Shown here piece by piece: positions 1 to 9,273 of a stretch of DNA of 64,000 bases; the first letter of the stretch is position 1; every line of letters begins with the position of its first letter. The stretch lies in IMG/VR virus record IMGVR_UViG_3300020473_000013, positions 62,001 to 126,000 of that record. One strand, given 5' to 3'. A program made the position numbers and the translations under genes. The notes beneath the pieces are model-generated. The model was not told the DNA's origin. It did not search any database and saw nothing but the letters and a program-made list of their open reading frames with translations.

Positions 1-2
1 AA

Positions 3-500
3 TCACCGGTTGTAGGCGATTGTGGCTAGGCTCCGAGAAACGTCAGGACCTTTAAGGAATACGTGATTGTCGATGCGACCGACAACATCGTATGCGTAGT
101 ACCAATTCGGAAGCGTGTTTAGCTTGTCCGGATTCAGGTAATGGGTAGAACCGGCGACGGGAGTCGAAGGCAGACCGTTGTACAAATAGGAATACACAAC
201 CTGCGCAGCTTCGAGGATTTCCTGTTCGGTGGGAGGGTCAATGAAGTCCATAGCACCGGGGTTTGTCCAAGAGAACTGCGCGGGGTCATGCACCACACCG
301 CACACCGTATCAGGGTAATCGGAGCGCGATACTCGCTCCATAGTGACCTCTATGACAGCCAGCTTTCCTTCAGGAGATTCGCCGCGAGCCTCGTACACCA
401 CGTTGTCGATAAGACAGTCGTGGGCTCGATACTGCATCGGTGATTCGTACAGGTCTACTACAACGGCCATCGGGATCAAAAGGCTAGCAATCGCGCTCAT
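3..500 (-). CDS. SleB-type cell wall hydrolase (Hydrolase_2 family)
   Basis: Motifs EARGE..GKLAV..V..R....YP.TVCGVV....QFSW and GSTHYLNP; N-terminal hydrophobic segment; RBS GGAG upstream. Confidence 0.85.
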   Translation of the reverse strand: MSAIASLLIPMAVVVDLYESPMQYRAHDCLIDNVVYEARGESPEGKLAVIEVTMERVSRSDYPDTVCGVVHDPAQFSWTNPGAMDFIDPPTEQEILEAAQVVYSYLYNGLPSTPVAGSTHYLNPDKLNTLPNWYYAYDVVGRIDNHVFLKGPDVSRSLATIAYNR

Positions 501-515
501 ACAATGTACTCCAGT

Positions 516-581
516 TAAACATCATCTATGACCGTTACCAACTTTAGTAACGGTCGCTCTGCTCTTACGACCAGTATATCA
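516..581 (-). promoter_or_regulatory. Promoter/leader cassette (divergent copy): TGaTATACT, 32 bp, TGGTAACGG-N7-TGATGTTTA
   Basis: Read directly; matches the 8-copy element; upstream of the hydrolase gene. Confidence 0.55.
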
Positions 582-592
582 CATCTTGGCGC

Positions 593-2125
593 CTAGTGCA
601 TGTCGCTTAGGGCTTCGATGAGGCTGCGCTTGAACTCGTCGTCTGGCACTGTGATGATGTCACCGAAGGAGGCGACAACAATGTTGGCGTATCGGTCGAA
701 GTCGATTCGACCTTGAAAGGACTCCTTGTCATACCCGTGAGCAATGTATCGGACAGCACGTTCTCCGTCCAACCTCTCCTTCAACATCACCTTACGCATA
801 CGTTTGAAGGTAGGGCTAGTTATCAGGTGTCGGTCTTGAATGTCGGACCAATAGTCGTGTGCGAACTTGCGCTCATCCGCAGTCAGCAAGGTCTCCGACT
901 GCCTTACGGAATCCCGAATCGCGGCATGGTCCTTGTCGGATAGTAGGCCAGCAAGCACCAGTATTGCGCCCATAAACCTATCGTAAGGTTGGTCAATGAT
1001 AGTTGTGCTAGTGTGGACAGCGGATTCCACCGAGCTGCGCACATCACCGTGAACTTGGCGCAGGTCCTCCTGCTTTGCGATCTTGATGTCTGACAGTATA
1101 GAATTTACAACTTTGTCATTCTTCGGGAACGCAAACAGGCGTTTGGATTTAGGTAGGGACTTTTTGGCCGTCAACCGATTGCCACGATATGCGTAAGAGC
1201 TGGTCGTCTTTCCGTAGGTATACCCCTGAACGGAAATGCGGTACCTGACTCGTATACTCTCCAGAAGCTCAGGGACCTGAGGCTTGAACGGGTGCGCCGA
1301 ATGAAGTATCACGTACCGATCCTGCGGCATTTCGACAAGGAGGACATACTCAGGTTGAGCGAGTGTCGCCTCCTTAATGTCGTTCTCCGTTACGTCAATG
1401 TTGTATCCAAACTTGTTAAGGCGGTGCATGTCTTCCAAGAACAGAGGACCGTGATCCGCGTTCGCGTACCTGCGGTCCTGATCCTCAAAGAGACGCTTGT
1501 GGTGCTTAATGTGGATCATTTCGTGGAGCACGATGGAACAGATGCGCGGTATATCCGTCAATGCTCGCTTGCTAATCCGCAGCTTGTATTCCACATTGAC
1601 GGGCGAATGAGCGCGAGTGACGGCTTGTCCAGAAAGACGAGTAGATTCCGACAACTGGACGGTGAGTTTTGACGGAAGCTCATTATCGAAATGGAGCTTG
1701 TTGAAGTAGTGATACAGGCGAAGGATGTCAGCCTTCTTAGGAGGCATCGGTATGCTTGGAAAGTATTTGGAAGGCTTAGCCTGAGGCTGTCCTTCGGGTA
1801 CGTGCGTGCGTGTCTTGCGCGCAGGCTTTTTCTTGTCCAAACCACCGACCCCAGGAGTCAGCTTCACACCACGAATGGTTGCCTTGTAGCCCGTCGAGCG
1901 ACGAACGACTTTAGCGACTTCCTTCTCCGTGAGGGTGAAGTTGACCTTGGGGTTGGTAATGTCGATCAGTTTGTACTGACCTCGATACTTCCGAATGCCG
2001 AATCGGTCGTTATACTGGAGCTCCAGATCATGTGTCCTATTATGATCGTTGAACTCCAGATGCTTTTTCGACTTGAACCTGTACCATTCGTATTTGTCCA
2101 ATGAGGCAGACAGTGACACGTACAT
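593..2125 (-). CDS. SprT-like zinc metalloprotease domain protein
   Basis: LYHYFNKLHFDNELP, IVLHEMIH (HExxH) and HGPLF motifs; N-terminal ~85 aa resemble those of ORF 9274..10071. Confidence 0.8.
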   Translation of the reverse strand: MYVSLSASLDKYEWYRFKSKKHLEFNDHNRTHDLELQYNDRFGIRKYRGQYKLIDITNPKVNFTLTEKEVAKVVRRSTGYKATIRGVKLTPGVGGLDKKKPARKTRTHVPEGQPQAKPSKYFPSIPMPPKKADILRLYHYFNKLHFDNELPSKLTVQLSESTRLSGQAVTRAHSPVNVEYKLRISKRALTDIPRICSIVLHEMIHIKHHKRLFEDQDRRYANADHGPLFLEDMHRLNKFGYNIDVTENDIKEATLAQPEYVLLVEMPQDRYVILHSAHPFKPQVPELLESIRVRYRISVQGYTYGKTTSSYAYRGNRLTAKKSLPKSKRLFAFPKNDKVVNSILSDIKIAKQEDLRQVHGDVRSSVESAVHTSTTIIDQPYDRFMGAILVLAGLLSDKDHAAIRDSVRQSETLLTADERKFAHDYWSDIQDRHLITSPTFKRMRKVMLKERLDGERAVRYIAHGYDKESFQGRIDFDRYANIVVASFGDIITVPDDEFKRSLIEALSDMH

Positions 2126-2137
2126 GGGTAGGTACCT

Positions 2138-2545
2138 TTAGAAGAAGACGATGTTGGCGAAGCCGGCCTGAGGACTGACGAACGTTACGGTGATGGTATT
2201 CTCCTCGATCACCAGATCATCGCACAGGATTTCCCGCATGTCAGTGTCCAACAAAGTGACGACTGCGTTAGTGCTGCCTTTCCCGTGTTCGATGGTCCAC
2301 GTAGCCGCAGGAGTGTTCGCTGCGAAGGAGTACCCGTTAGCGCCTCCGGAACCGGACGGAGCAGGGACGCTTGTGAGCTTCCCGTTTACCATCATCGGGA
2401 TATGACCTTCGGCTAAGCTCAAGCCTCCTAATTGACGAGGACCCGCACCACGGCGCAAGATGACGGACTCCTGCGGAACGTCTTCGGCCATGTACGGACG
2501 TTTGGGCAGCTCCAACTGGATGAAGTTTTCAAAGCTGTTAGCCAT
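2138..2545 (-). CDS. Putative virion structural protein
   Basis: Start moved to MANSFENF (RBS AGGAGAG); C-terminal TWTIEHGKG..AVVTLLD....NTITVTF..PQAGFA pattern seen in phage virion proteins. Confidence 0.55.
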   Translation of the reverse strand: MANSFENFIQLELPKRPYMAEDVPQESVILRRGAGPRQLGGLSLAEGHIPMMVNGKLTSVPAPSGSGGANGYSFAANTPAATWTIEHGKGSTNAVVTLLDTDMREILCDDLVIEENTITVTFVSPQAGFANIVFF

Positions 2546-2546
2546 G

Positions 2547-4586
2547 TCAGAGACTCTCCTCAATATCAACCTGGAGGGTGCCCGAGGTGTTGGCAGAGGC
2601 AAAGGCATCATCGCTCAACCAAAGATGCGTTCCACCCGACGGAGCGTAGTTGCCTTCGGAGTCAACGATGGAGTATGCGCCCACCGCATCCCGAGTATCG
2701 GTACGGAGTTCAAGCATGGAATCCGACCCGGTGTAGTTCGCGCTAGTGTTGATGGCATTGTACACTTCGACTCCGATAGGAGCCAGACGTGCGAATGCCG
2801 GGAACGTCACGGTGCGTAGCTCGAAGCCTGCCACAGCGTAGTCGCCCAGACCGCTAAAGTCCGTTGTCTCCAAATTGGCGATGTTGGTAGCGGAGAAGTT
2901 GGAGAGCGCAGCAGGGCCGCGGGCGTCAGAGTTGGTCACGCGCAGGGTACGCGCCCAGGTCACCGAGTCCATCTGCTCCCAGTCGTCTACCCAAGAGCCG
3001 ATCTCAGGGTCCAGAACAGGAGCGTTCTCGATAATCTGGTCGAACTCTACGATCACTGGATATTCTGAGCCTGTTTCAGACGTGGCAATATGCGGAATCT
3101 GATCGCCGGTCCCTACAGGAAGTCCGGGATTCTGGAACGACACCTGATGCGGAGCAATCACACCGCTGGAGTCCGTACGGTACACGTACCAGTCTACATC
3201 ATCCTTGCGAACAATGAGAGGACCATACGTATTACCCACAGACCCGTCCTCGGGCCATGTAGCGCCCTCCCAACCGCCGGAAATACCAGAGGAAAGATCG
3301 ACGAAAGACGCTTCGCCCAAGGCCGCAGGATACGCAAAGAACCCGTACATGGGATCAGGAGCTTCGAGCATGAAGTCTTGGTTGTCAGTGCTGTCGAACT
3401 GGTTGGTCAGAAGGTCGATGTCTTCCGCAGTCTCCACGCGGGTCTGGGCGAGCGCACCGAAGCGCGGGTAGTCTGACACCTCGCGGGTGTTCTTACCGAG
3501 AATGGAGCCGACGATCTCCACGCTAACGACGGATGCCGCAACGCTGGCAATTTTCAGATCATAGGTCTTCTCGACAAATGAACCATTGGCCGTGCGCGAA
3601 GCTGTCACAGTGACGCCGCCTTCGAGGCTGTACGCGCCTTGGGTGACTGTAAGGAGACGGGTATTAAGGACCTCCGTCTCACCTCCGCTAGCGTCTCCAT
3701 AGTCGAACGCAAAGGTCATCGCGTCCTGATTGGAGAACGTAACGTTGGCGGTCACGGTATCACCCATGCCGAGAGCGTCAGTGCCTGTGCTGTAGCCGGT
3801 AAACGTAACATCGATTGACGGGTACGTCTGGTCCAGCGTGAGAGCAGAGGTCTCAGCCGGAGCGCCGATAGTCCCTAGTTGGTTCACACCTGCCACACGG
3901 ATGGGAAAAGACCCTACCCGATCAGAGATAACGACTGTGCCGGAGAACGTGCGAAGACCTGCTCCTCCGCTGTCGGCCGCACCGAGGACGAAAGAACCAG
4001 ACTCTCCAGCACCAGAGCCAAGAACGATCAGGTCCACGGCGACATTATCGACAGTGCCGGACACCTGCACTTCGTCCCCTTGTTTCACTGAGGTCTGACC
4101 TGCAGGGGTACTGTCTATACTAATAGTGCCGGCAGGAGGACCTAGCGCATCTACGGTGATGTCGATAGTAGAGCTACCGCCAGCGGATGACGTTACCTCT
4201 ACCTCACCGCTAACAGCAAGGGAAACGTCGGCATAACCGTAGAACAGACGCCGATCGCCTTCGACCTCTTGCAGTTCGGCTTGTACGCCGTCCACCTGCA
4301 CGGTCGGGTTGTAGAATGAGGACCCGCCCTCTGCCAGAAAGTGGATACGCAGCTCCGCGGTATCACTTACACAACTCAAGAGAACTTGGTCGGCAGGGAT
4401 GGTATCCGCATATACGCGATTGCCGACGTTACCACTTCCGACAGGTTCCACACCTGTGATGAACACAGGACGAGCACCCGAAGTCGCAAGCGATTCAAGA
4501 TCGCCTAGACGCACAGGGTGCTGCGGATCAGTCGGAGAACGGGTCAGCTTTACCTCGCCCAGAATTTCAAGGTCATGTGCTTTCAC
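2547..4586 (-). CDS. Large beta-rich virion structural protein (Ig-like or fibre-associated)
   Basis: 679 aa, G/T/S/V/D-rich; GTG start with RBS GGAGG; adjacent to other structural genes. Confidence 0.55.
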   Translation of the reverse strand: MKAHDLEILGEVKLTRSPTDPQHPVRLGDLESLATSGARPVFITGVEPVGSGNVGNRVYADTIPADQVLLSCVSDTAELRIHFLAEGGSSFYNPTVQVDGVQAELQEVEGDRRLFYGYADVSLAVSGEVEVTSSAGGSSTIDITVDALGPPAGTISIDSTPAGQTSVKQGDEVQVSGTVDNVAVDLIVLGSGAGESGSFVLGAADSGGAGLRTFSGTVVISDRVGSFPIRVAGVNQLGTIGAPAETSALTLDQTYPSIDVTFTGYSTGTDALGMGDTVTANVTFSNQDAMTFAFDYGDASGGETEVLNTRLLTVTQGAYSLEGGVTVTASRTANGSFVEKTYDLKIASVAASVVSVEIVGSILGKNTREVSDYPRFGALAQTRVETAEDIDLLTNQFDSTDNQDFMLEAPDPMYGFFAYPAALGEASFVDLSSGISGGWEGATWPEDGSVGNTYGPLIVRKDDVDWYVYRTDSSGVIAPHQVSFQNPGLPVGTGDQIPHIATSETGSEYPVIVEFDQIIENAPVLDPEIGSWVDDWEQMDSVTWARTLRVTNSDARGPAALSNFSATNIANLETTDFSGLGDYAVAGFELRTVTFPAFARLAPIGVEVYNAINTSANYTGSDSMLELRTDTRDAVGAYSIVDSEGNYAPSGGTHLWLSDDAFASANTSGTLQVDIEESL

Positions 4587-4600
4587 CTGATCCTCCTATA

Positions 4601-4634
4601 GAAAACAAGAAGGGGCCCAAAAGGCCCCCTTCTA
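4601..4634 (-). terminator. Rho-independent terminator
   Basis: AGAAGGGGCC/GGCCCCCTTCT inverted repeat followed by a T-rich tract on the minus strand. Confidence 0.7.
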
Positions 4635-4910
4635 CTAGGAAATTTCTAACGCATGGCGGAACAGATCGTTGTAGGTATCGCAAACAAGGACCTGCTCACC
4701 GTTGGTAACCGCAGCCTTCACGGCCGACTTGGCATTTTTGCACTTGTACCGATAATCGGCGTCGTGTTGGAGAGGCGCGAACATGGCTGAGTTCTTGGGG
4801 CCAGAAGCCAAGACATAAACATGCCTCTCGGTGACGAAAGCTACGATCCGACGTGAGATTTTCACTTCGTCCAGGTTGCTGCTTGTTAAATTAGTTACCA
4901 TTGGGAGCAC
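4635..4910 (-). CDS. Hypothetical protein
   Basis: ORF in operon, RBS AGGAG. Confidence 0.6.
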   Translation of the reverse strand: MLPMVTNLTSSNLDEVKISRRIVAFVTERHVYVLASGPKNSAMFAPLQHDADYRYKCKNAKSAVKAAVTNGEQVLVCDTYNDLFRHALEIS

Positions 4911-4919
4911 TTCTCCTTA

Positions 4920-5282
4920 TCAGCGCATTGATACCTTGAACACGATGTTGCCCTCACGCAGGGAGTGAGGGTACTTGTTGAGGAGTTCCGACTCGCGGGC
5001 CTCCAGTTCATCCATCCGGTCGAAAAACGGCTGCTTCTCGTCGGACGAAATAGAGTCGTCGTTGATCTTCGGCTTGAGGCGGTCCATCTGCTGGCGAACA
5101 TGGACCAGTTGCTTTTCCCGCTCGTTCAGGTAGTTAGGGAATACCTGAGCCGCGTTGGCGTGAGCCAAGCACGCCTTGAGTTCACTCGGCGTCAGAGCGA
5201 TGTGGGATACACGACTGTCTTTCTTGCACTGATCGATTAGGCCCTGGAGTTCCTCCAGAACATCATGATATACGAGACGCAT
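4920..5282 (-). CDS. Hypothetical coiled-coil protein
   Basis: ORF in operon, RBS GAGG. Confidence 0.65.
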   Translation of the reverse strand: MRLVYHDVLEELQGLIDQCKKDSRVSHIALTPSELKACLAHANAAQVFPNYLNEREKQLVHVRQQMDRLKPKINDDSISSDEKQPFFDRMDELEARESELLNKYPHSLREGNIVFKVSMR

Positions 5283-5290
5283 CGGTCACC

Positions 5291-5488
5291 TCATGTAAGG
5301 TAGGTTGCAGGAACAGGTGACAAGAACCGGGAAGTGGGAGGCTTGGGCCACACCTTGAATCCCTTGTATACGTTCCTGTCAAACATAGGGTCAACCGACT
5401 TGATGTTGTCGGTCATAGCAGGGTCATGCTGGCGGGCTCCCCAAATCGTAAACGTGTTGAGGTACGCCCGCTCCTCCAAGAGTTTCAA
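5291..5488 (-). CDS. Small hypothetical protein downstream of the spike gene
   Basis: RBS GGAG; tight packing. Confidence 0.55.
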   Translation of the reverse strand: MKLLEERAYLNTFTIWGARQHDPAMTDNIKSVDPMFDRNVYKGFKVWPKPPTSRFLSPVPATYLT

Positions 5489-5497
5489 ATTAGTCTC

Positions 5498-6310
5498 CTA
5501 TCCGTTCGTCTCGGAACGAGTGCATTGAATCCTATGGAGAAGGTCGATAGTCTCCAAGCGGTTGCGCTGCACACGGAGAATGTCGTTACCTTCGATCACG
5601 GTCATCCTGTTCCCACGAATATGAGTGGTCTGATCACCTTTAACAAAGGTATGCTGATTGCCCGCGAAGCTCTTGGACATCAGGCCCTTGAAAGGAATGC
5701 GCTTCGCGGGTTTGGCTCGCAGATCACTCAAGACCGTCTCGGGGGCGTTCAGCAGGTACCCTGGAATGTCGTTCTTGCTGTCGGTGACGGTGAGCTGTTG
5801 GTTGCCCACGATATACTGATTAACGTCCCCAAGTACCGTCATATCCACATCGCCCGGATTGTTGAGGAATATCTCATTGGTCCGAGTGTCGATGATCATG
5901 TAACAACCGTTGGAGAACTTGAAGACTGCACGATCAGGGTAATTGACGTCCTGATGTTCAGGAAGGGCGACCTGTTCGTCTACCGTATAGCTAGTCCAGA
6001 CAGGGCGGTGTGGGTCTCCAGTAGGAAATTTGATTCCCACCTTGTGACCTTTCTTCGGCACCCATGCCATACCGCTGCGGTCTGTCGCGTTACCGCCTTC
6101 ATTGTACGCTCCGTCGGGGTGTCCAAATTCGGGAATGCTCCACGGAAGGTCATTATCCGGGATGCCGTCGAACACACCTTCGATGCGTGCTTGGATACGG
6201 CAGAGCTTACGCTGATCGTAGTTGTTCACCACCTCAGCTTCGTACACCATCTTAGGGTCCAAGCCCTGCCGCTGTAGATGCTTAGTAGCGTTAATCGTTC
6301 CGCCGGCCAT
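5498..6310 (-). CDS. Baseplate central spike protein, gp5/VgrG-like (OB-fold plus beta-helix repeats)
   Basis: YEAEVVNNYD..KLCRIQARI..V....LPW, P.G..V...F..GDP..PV motifs; C-terminal 8-residue VxG-type repeats. Confidence 0.75.
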   Translation of the reverse strand: MAGGTINATKHLQRQGLDPKMVYEAEVVNNYDQRKLCRIQARIEGVFDGIPDNDLPWSIPEFGHPDGAYNEGGNATDRSGMAWVPKKGHKVGIKFPTGDPHRPVWTSYTVDEQVALPEHQDVNYPDRAVFKFSNGCYMIIDTRTNEIFLNNPGDVDMTVLGDVNQYIVGNQQLTVTDSKNDIPGYLLNAPETVLSDLRAKPAKRIPFKGLMSKSFAGNQHTFVKGDQTTHIRGNRMTVIEGNDILRVQRNRLETIDLLHRIQCTRSETNG

Positions 6311-6313
6311 AGG

Positions 6314-6529
6314 TCACTCCATGAGTGTTTCAACCAGCTCCTTCAGGTCTTGGTACTCCTCCTCGCTGACGTAGTGTTCGCGTAGGTTGAGCAGGAAGTC
6401 TCTGGAGCCTTCTGAGTCGAATCGGTTTACAATCTCCATAGCCACGACCGTATGCTGTCCCGCAGCACACAGGTTGGCTAGGCGTCGTGTGTCCTCCAAG
6501 GTGTTGAAAGCCTCGCGTGCGTTGCTCAC
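6314..6529 (-). CDS. Hypothetical protein
   Basis: Probable GTG start overlapping the upstream TGA (GTGA). Confidence 0.55.
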   Translation of the reverse strand: MSNAREAFNTLEDTRRLANLCAAGQHTVVAMEIVNRFDSEGSRDFLLNLREHYVSEEEYQDLKELVETLME

Positions 6530-6900
6530 ACTTCCTCGCCTCGGATCGTCCAGTACAAGCATTTGGCGCGCACGTTAACGGACAGCAGCAGTACCGCCTT
6601 GTAGAACTTCTGGGCCGTATCAGGGTGCTGCACCTCCTCGTCGGTCATACCGCTGTACGCCAGCACGCTAGCTTCGGACAGGCAGTTCTTGAGGTAGAGA
6701 TCGACCTTGCCGCCCAATTGGGACTCGCACTGGCAGACCAGATTGGCATCCACAGCCAGATCGGGGTGGATGTCATCGACAACCTCGTCGCCGTGCATGA
6801 ACGGGTCTGCGTTGCTTGCGCCAAACATGTGGAGCCAAGCGGCGCGCTCGTTCTCCTCCATCAGGTCCCAGTTCTGCGAACGGAATTCGGACGGGGTCAT
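6526..6900 (-). CDS. Hypothetical protein
   Basis: ATGA overlap with upstream gene. Confidence 0.65.
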   Translation of the reverse strand: MTPSEFRSQNWDLMEENERAAWLHMFGASNADPFMHGDEVVDDIHPDLAVDANLVCQCESQLGGKVDLYLKNCLSEASVLAYSGMTDEEVQHPDTAQKFYKAVLLLSVNVRAKCLYWTIRGEEV

Positions 6901-7280
6901 AGCTCGTTCTCCTTGCTGTGGCGACGGAAGCCCTCTTCCTTCAACACTAGGTCGAGGTCATCGTCTGATGTCATAGCATGGTCGATGGTGTTGCGCACAT
7001 GGTACAGCAGGAAGACCTCATCTGAGACCATGTACTGCATTTCGATACGGCGGAGTTGGCCATCCACGTATCTAAGGACGGACACCTCCCATTCAAGATC
7101 GAGGTGCTCGCCTTCCACGGTGCTCATGGGCTTGATGCCTACGAGGGCGCCTTCCGTTTGAAAAGTGCCGGTGTAGTCGTCGAGGATGGCCTGCTGGTGC
7201 TCAGGGTTATCGACCTGGGGAACACCATCTCGGACGATAACCCCTTCGTTGAATTTGCGGAGTAGCTGCTTGTACAGCAT
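6897..7280 (-). CDS. Hypothetical protein
   Basis: ORF in operon after portal. Confidence 0.65.
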   Translation of the reverse strand: MLYKQLLRKFNEGVIVRDGVPQVDNPEHQQAILDDYTGTFQTEGALVGIKPMSTVEGEHLDLEWEVSVLRYVDGQLRRIEMQYMVSDEVFLLYHVRNTIDHAMTSDDDLDLVLKEEGFRRHSKENEL

Positions 7281-7290
7281 GATGTCCCCC

Positions 7291-9213
7291 TCAGAAAGTG
7301 CGCGTATTGGGATTCTCTTTCTTCGGCGTAACCGACTTGTGCGTCAGAGGAGTCTTGCCTTTCTTGGTGACCTCACCGAGCGCGCGGGCAATCTCACGGT
7401 TAGCACGTTCGTTGGCACGCTTCTGATCGTGGATGTATTGCTTCTTACCGGTCTTGGTGCGACCTACGATCTCTTCCTGCTCGCCAAAGTCACGCTGAGC
7501 GAGCGACGGGCGACGACCGTTGCCTTGAGCCAGAACGGATGAGCGGCCGCCTTGTGCGTAGTCAAGCAGACCGTTCAGGTTATCGTTACCGCCGGAGGCG
7601 AAGGCACTGCCGTCGTCACCCTCCTGCTTGGGGCCGTACTTGGACTTGATCTCGCCGACCTGCTTGCTGTACTCAGACACACGTTTCAACAGGTCCAGAT
7701 CGTCATCGGAGTCTGCAAGCAGGCTGTCCAGGTTGAAACCACCTGCTGCGGCCATGGCGCGAAGCGGTACTGGTATTCCCTTGTCGGTGAGCTGCTGGAG
7801 CATGTCCAGGTACTGGCTGTCGCCTTCGGGCTTGAGCTGTTTCGACCAGTGGACGTTGGGGATCAGCAGGCGGGTACCGTTCGCCATCTTGTCCAGATTC
7901 GCCGACATGTTGTCGCTGTCGAGCAGGCCTTCCTTACGGATCAGCTTGCCTCGATCGTTCACGGTGAAGCCGTTGACGAGACTAACCAGCGGGAAAATCT
8001 TATTGTAGAACAGCTTGCGGGTAATCATGTCGCGATACGCGCGGATGCTTTCGATGAACACCGTCAGGCTGCTGTCCGCCGTGGCATAGTTGGCGTCACC
8101 ACTAAGGAACGACTCGCTGATACCCATGGCGCGGAGCTTGAACGTAGCGGTGCTGTCCCAGGTGTCGGTCACCTTCCAGAAGTCACCACCCTGGCGAATC
8201 TCCTCAGAGGTCACACCGAGACGAGTAGCGATGATGGCACCGAGAGGGTCGGCGTCAGCGTTCATAAACAGCTCGGTCATGAACTCCATATCGGCCACGG
8301 TCGGCTCCCACTGGTCACCGTCGCCCAAACTCAGATGTAGGATACCACGCTGACGACGGCTGGACTCAACTAGCGTACCACGGAACAGATTCTTCTCGAT
8401 CAAGTAAATCGGGAGAATGCGTCGGAAGAACGAGACACCTTCACCTGTTGTGAATGTCTTGCGCGGAATGTAGACCGTGGTCAGAGGGTCCAGCTCCAGG
8501 GCATCCTGAGTCAGGAGACCAATGATGTCCTCACCAAGGCGCTCCTTCAAGCTCTCGACACGAGAGCTTGAACCAGTGAGCGTTGCGCGAACCTCCTCAG
8601 GAATGGCAACTGTGATAATCGGGTCCTGTCCGTAGAACGGCAGGCTGTCGATCTTCGCGTTGTCATGACGGTGAGGCATGATGTCGAAGAACCGCTTAGA
8701 CGTGCGGTTGAACAACATGCTGCCGATGAACGCTCCATCCACGAGGTGATCCGTACTCAGGTGAGGCAGGATCGTGCGCACGCCGAGACGGTCGATAGTC
8801 TCCTGGAACGTGCGCAGGGCCCGCTTATCAGACACACCGCCTAGTGTGAAGTCCGAGAACGGTAGAGTGGAGAGCATGTCCACCGCAGAGCCACACACCG
8901 AGTCATTGTAGTAGATGTCCCGGTAGAGACGGTTGACCAGCTTCTTTTGCTCCAAGTCCTCAGAGAACACGATGTCCTTGAGGAGCGGATCAATGTCGAT
9001 CTCCAGAGGCATCTGGCCAACGCTGGTGTTCGTCATACTGGTCGCCGAGGCTTGGGCGCGCCAGTCATTGCCCGTCGTGCCTTTCGGCTGCGCAGGCTGC
9101 GACTTGTGAGAGTTGGCGCTATTCGTGCCTAGCCCACTCCCGTCGCTTGGTTTTCCCACTCTCCGTGAGTCCACCTGATCGGTGTTCACGGAGGGGCGCT
9201 TGAATTTCATCAT
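7291..9213 (-). CDS. Portal protein (putative)
   Basis: 640 aa, near terL; YRDIYYND...AVD..S.LPF motif and overall organisation like jumbo-myovirus portals. Confidence 0.7.
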   Translation of the reverse strand: MMKFKRPSVNTDQVDSRRVGKPSDGSGLGTNSANSHKSQPAQPKGTTGNDWRAQASATSMTNTSVGQMPLEIDIDPLLKDIVFSEDLEQKKLVNRLYRDIYYNDSVCGSAVDMLSTLPFSDFTLGGVSDKRALRTFQETIDRLGVRTILPHLSTDHLVDGAFIGSMLFNRTSKRFFDIMPHRHDNAKIDSLPFYGQDPIITVAIPEEVRATLTGSSSRVESLKERLGEDIIGLLTQDALELDPLTTVYIPRKTFTTGEGVSFFRRILPIYLIEKNLFRGTLVESSRRQRGILHLSLGDGDQWEPTVADMEFMTELFMNADADPLGAIIATRLGVTSEEIRQGGDFWKVTDTWDSTATFKLRAMGISESFLSGDANYATADSSLTVFIESIRAYRDMITRKLFYNKIFPLVSLVNGFTVNDRGKLIRKEGLLDSDNMSANLDKMANGTRLLIPNVHWSKQLKPEGDSQYLDMLQQLTDKGIPVPLRAMAAAGGFNLDSLLADSDDDLDLLKRVSEYSKQVGEIKSKYGPKQEGDDGSAFASGGNDNLNGLLDYAQGGRSSVLAQGNGRRPSLAQRDFGEQEEIVGRTKTGKKQYIHDQKRANERANREIARALGEVTKKGKTPLTHKSVTPKKENPNTRTF

Positions 9214-9257
9214 GGGTACAATTTACCTTGAACAGTGAGTTTACCGCTTCTGGTATG

Positions 9258-9266
9258 TATTTACAC
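9258..9266 (-). promoter_or_regulatory. Putative phage-specific promoter GTGTAAATA
   Basis: Recurrent (S)TGTAAA(T/G)A motif, 45 bp upstream of the portal start. Confidence 0.55.
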
Positions 9267-9273
9267 CGTTGAA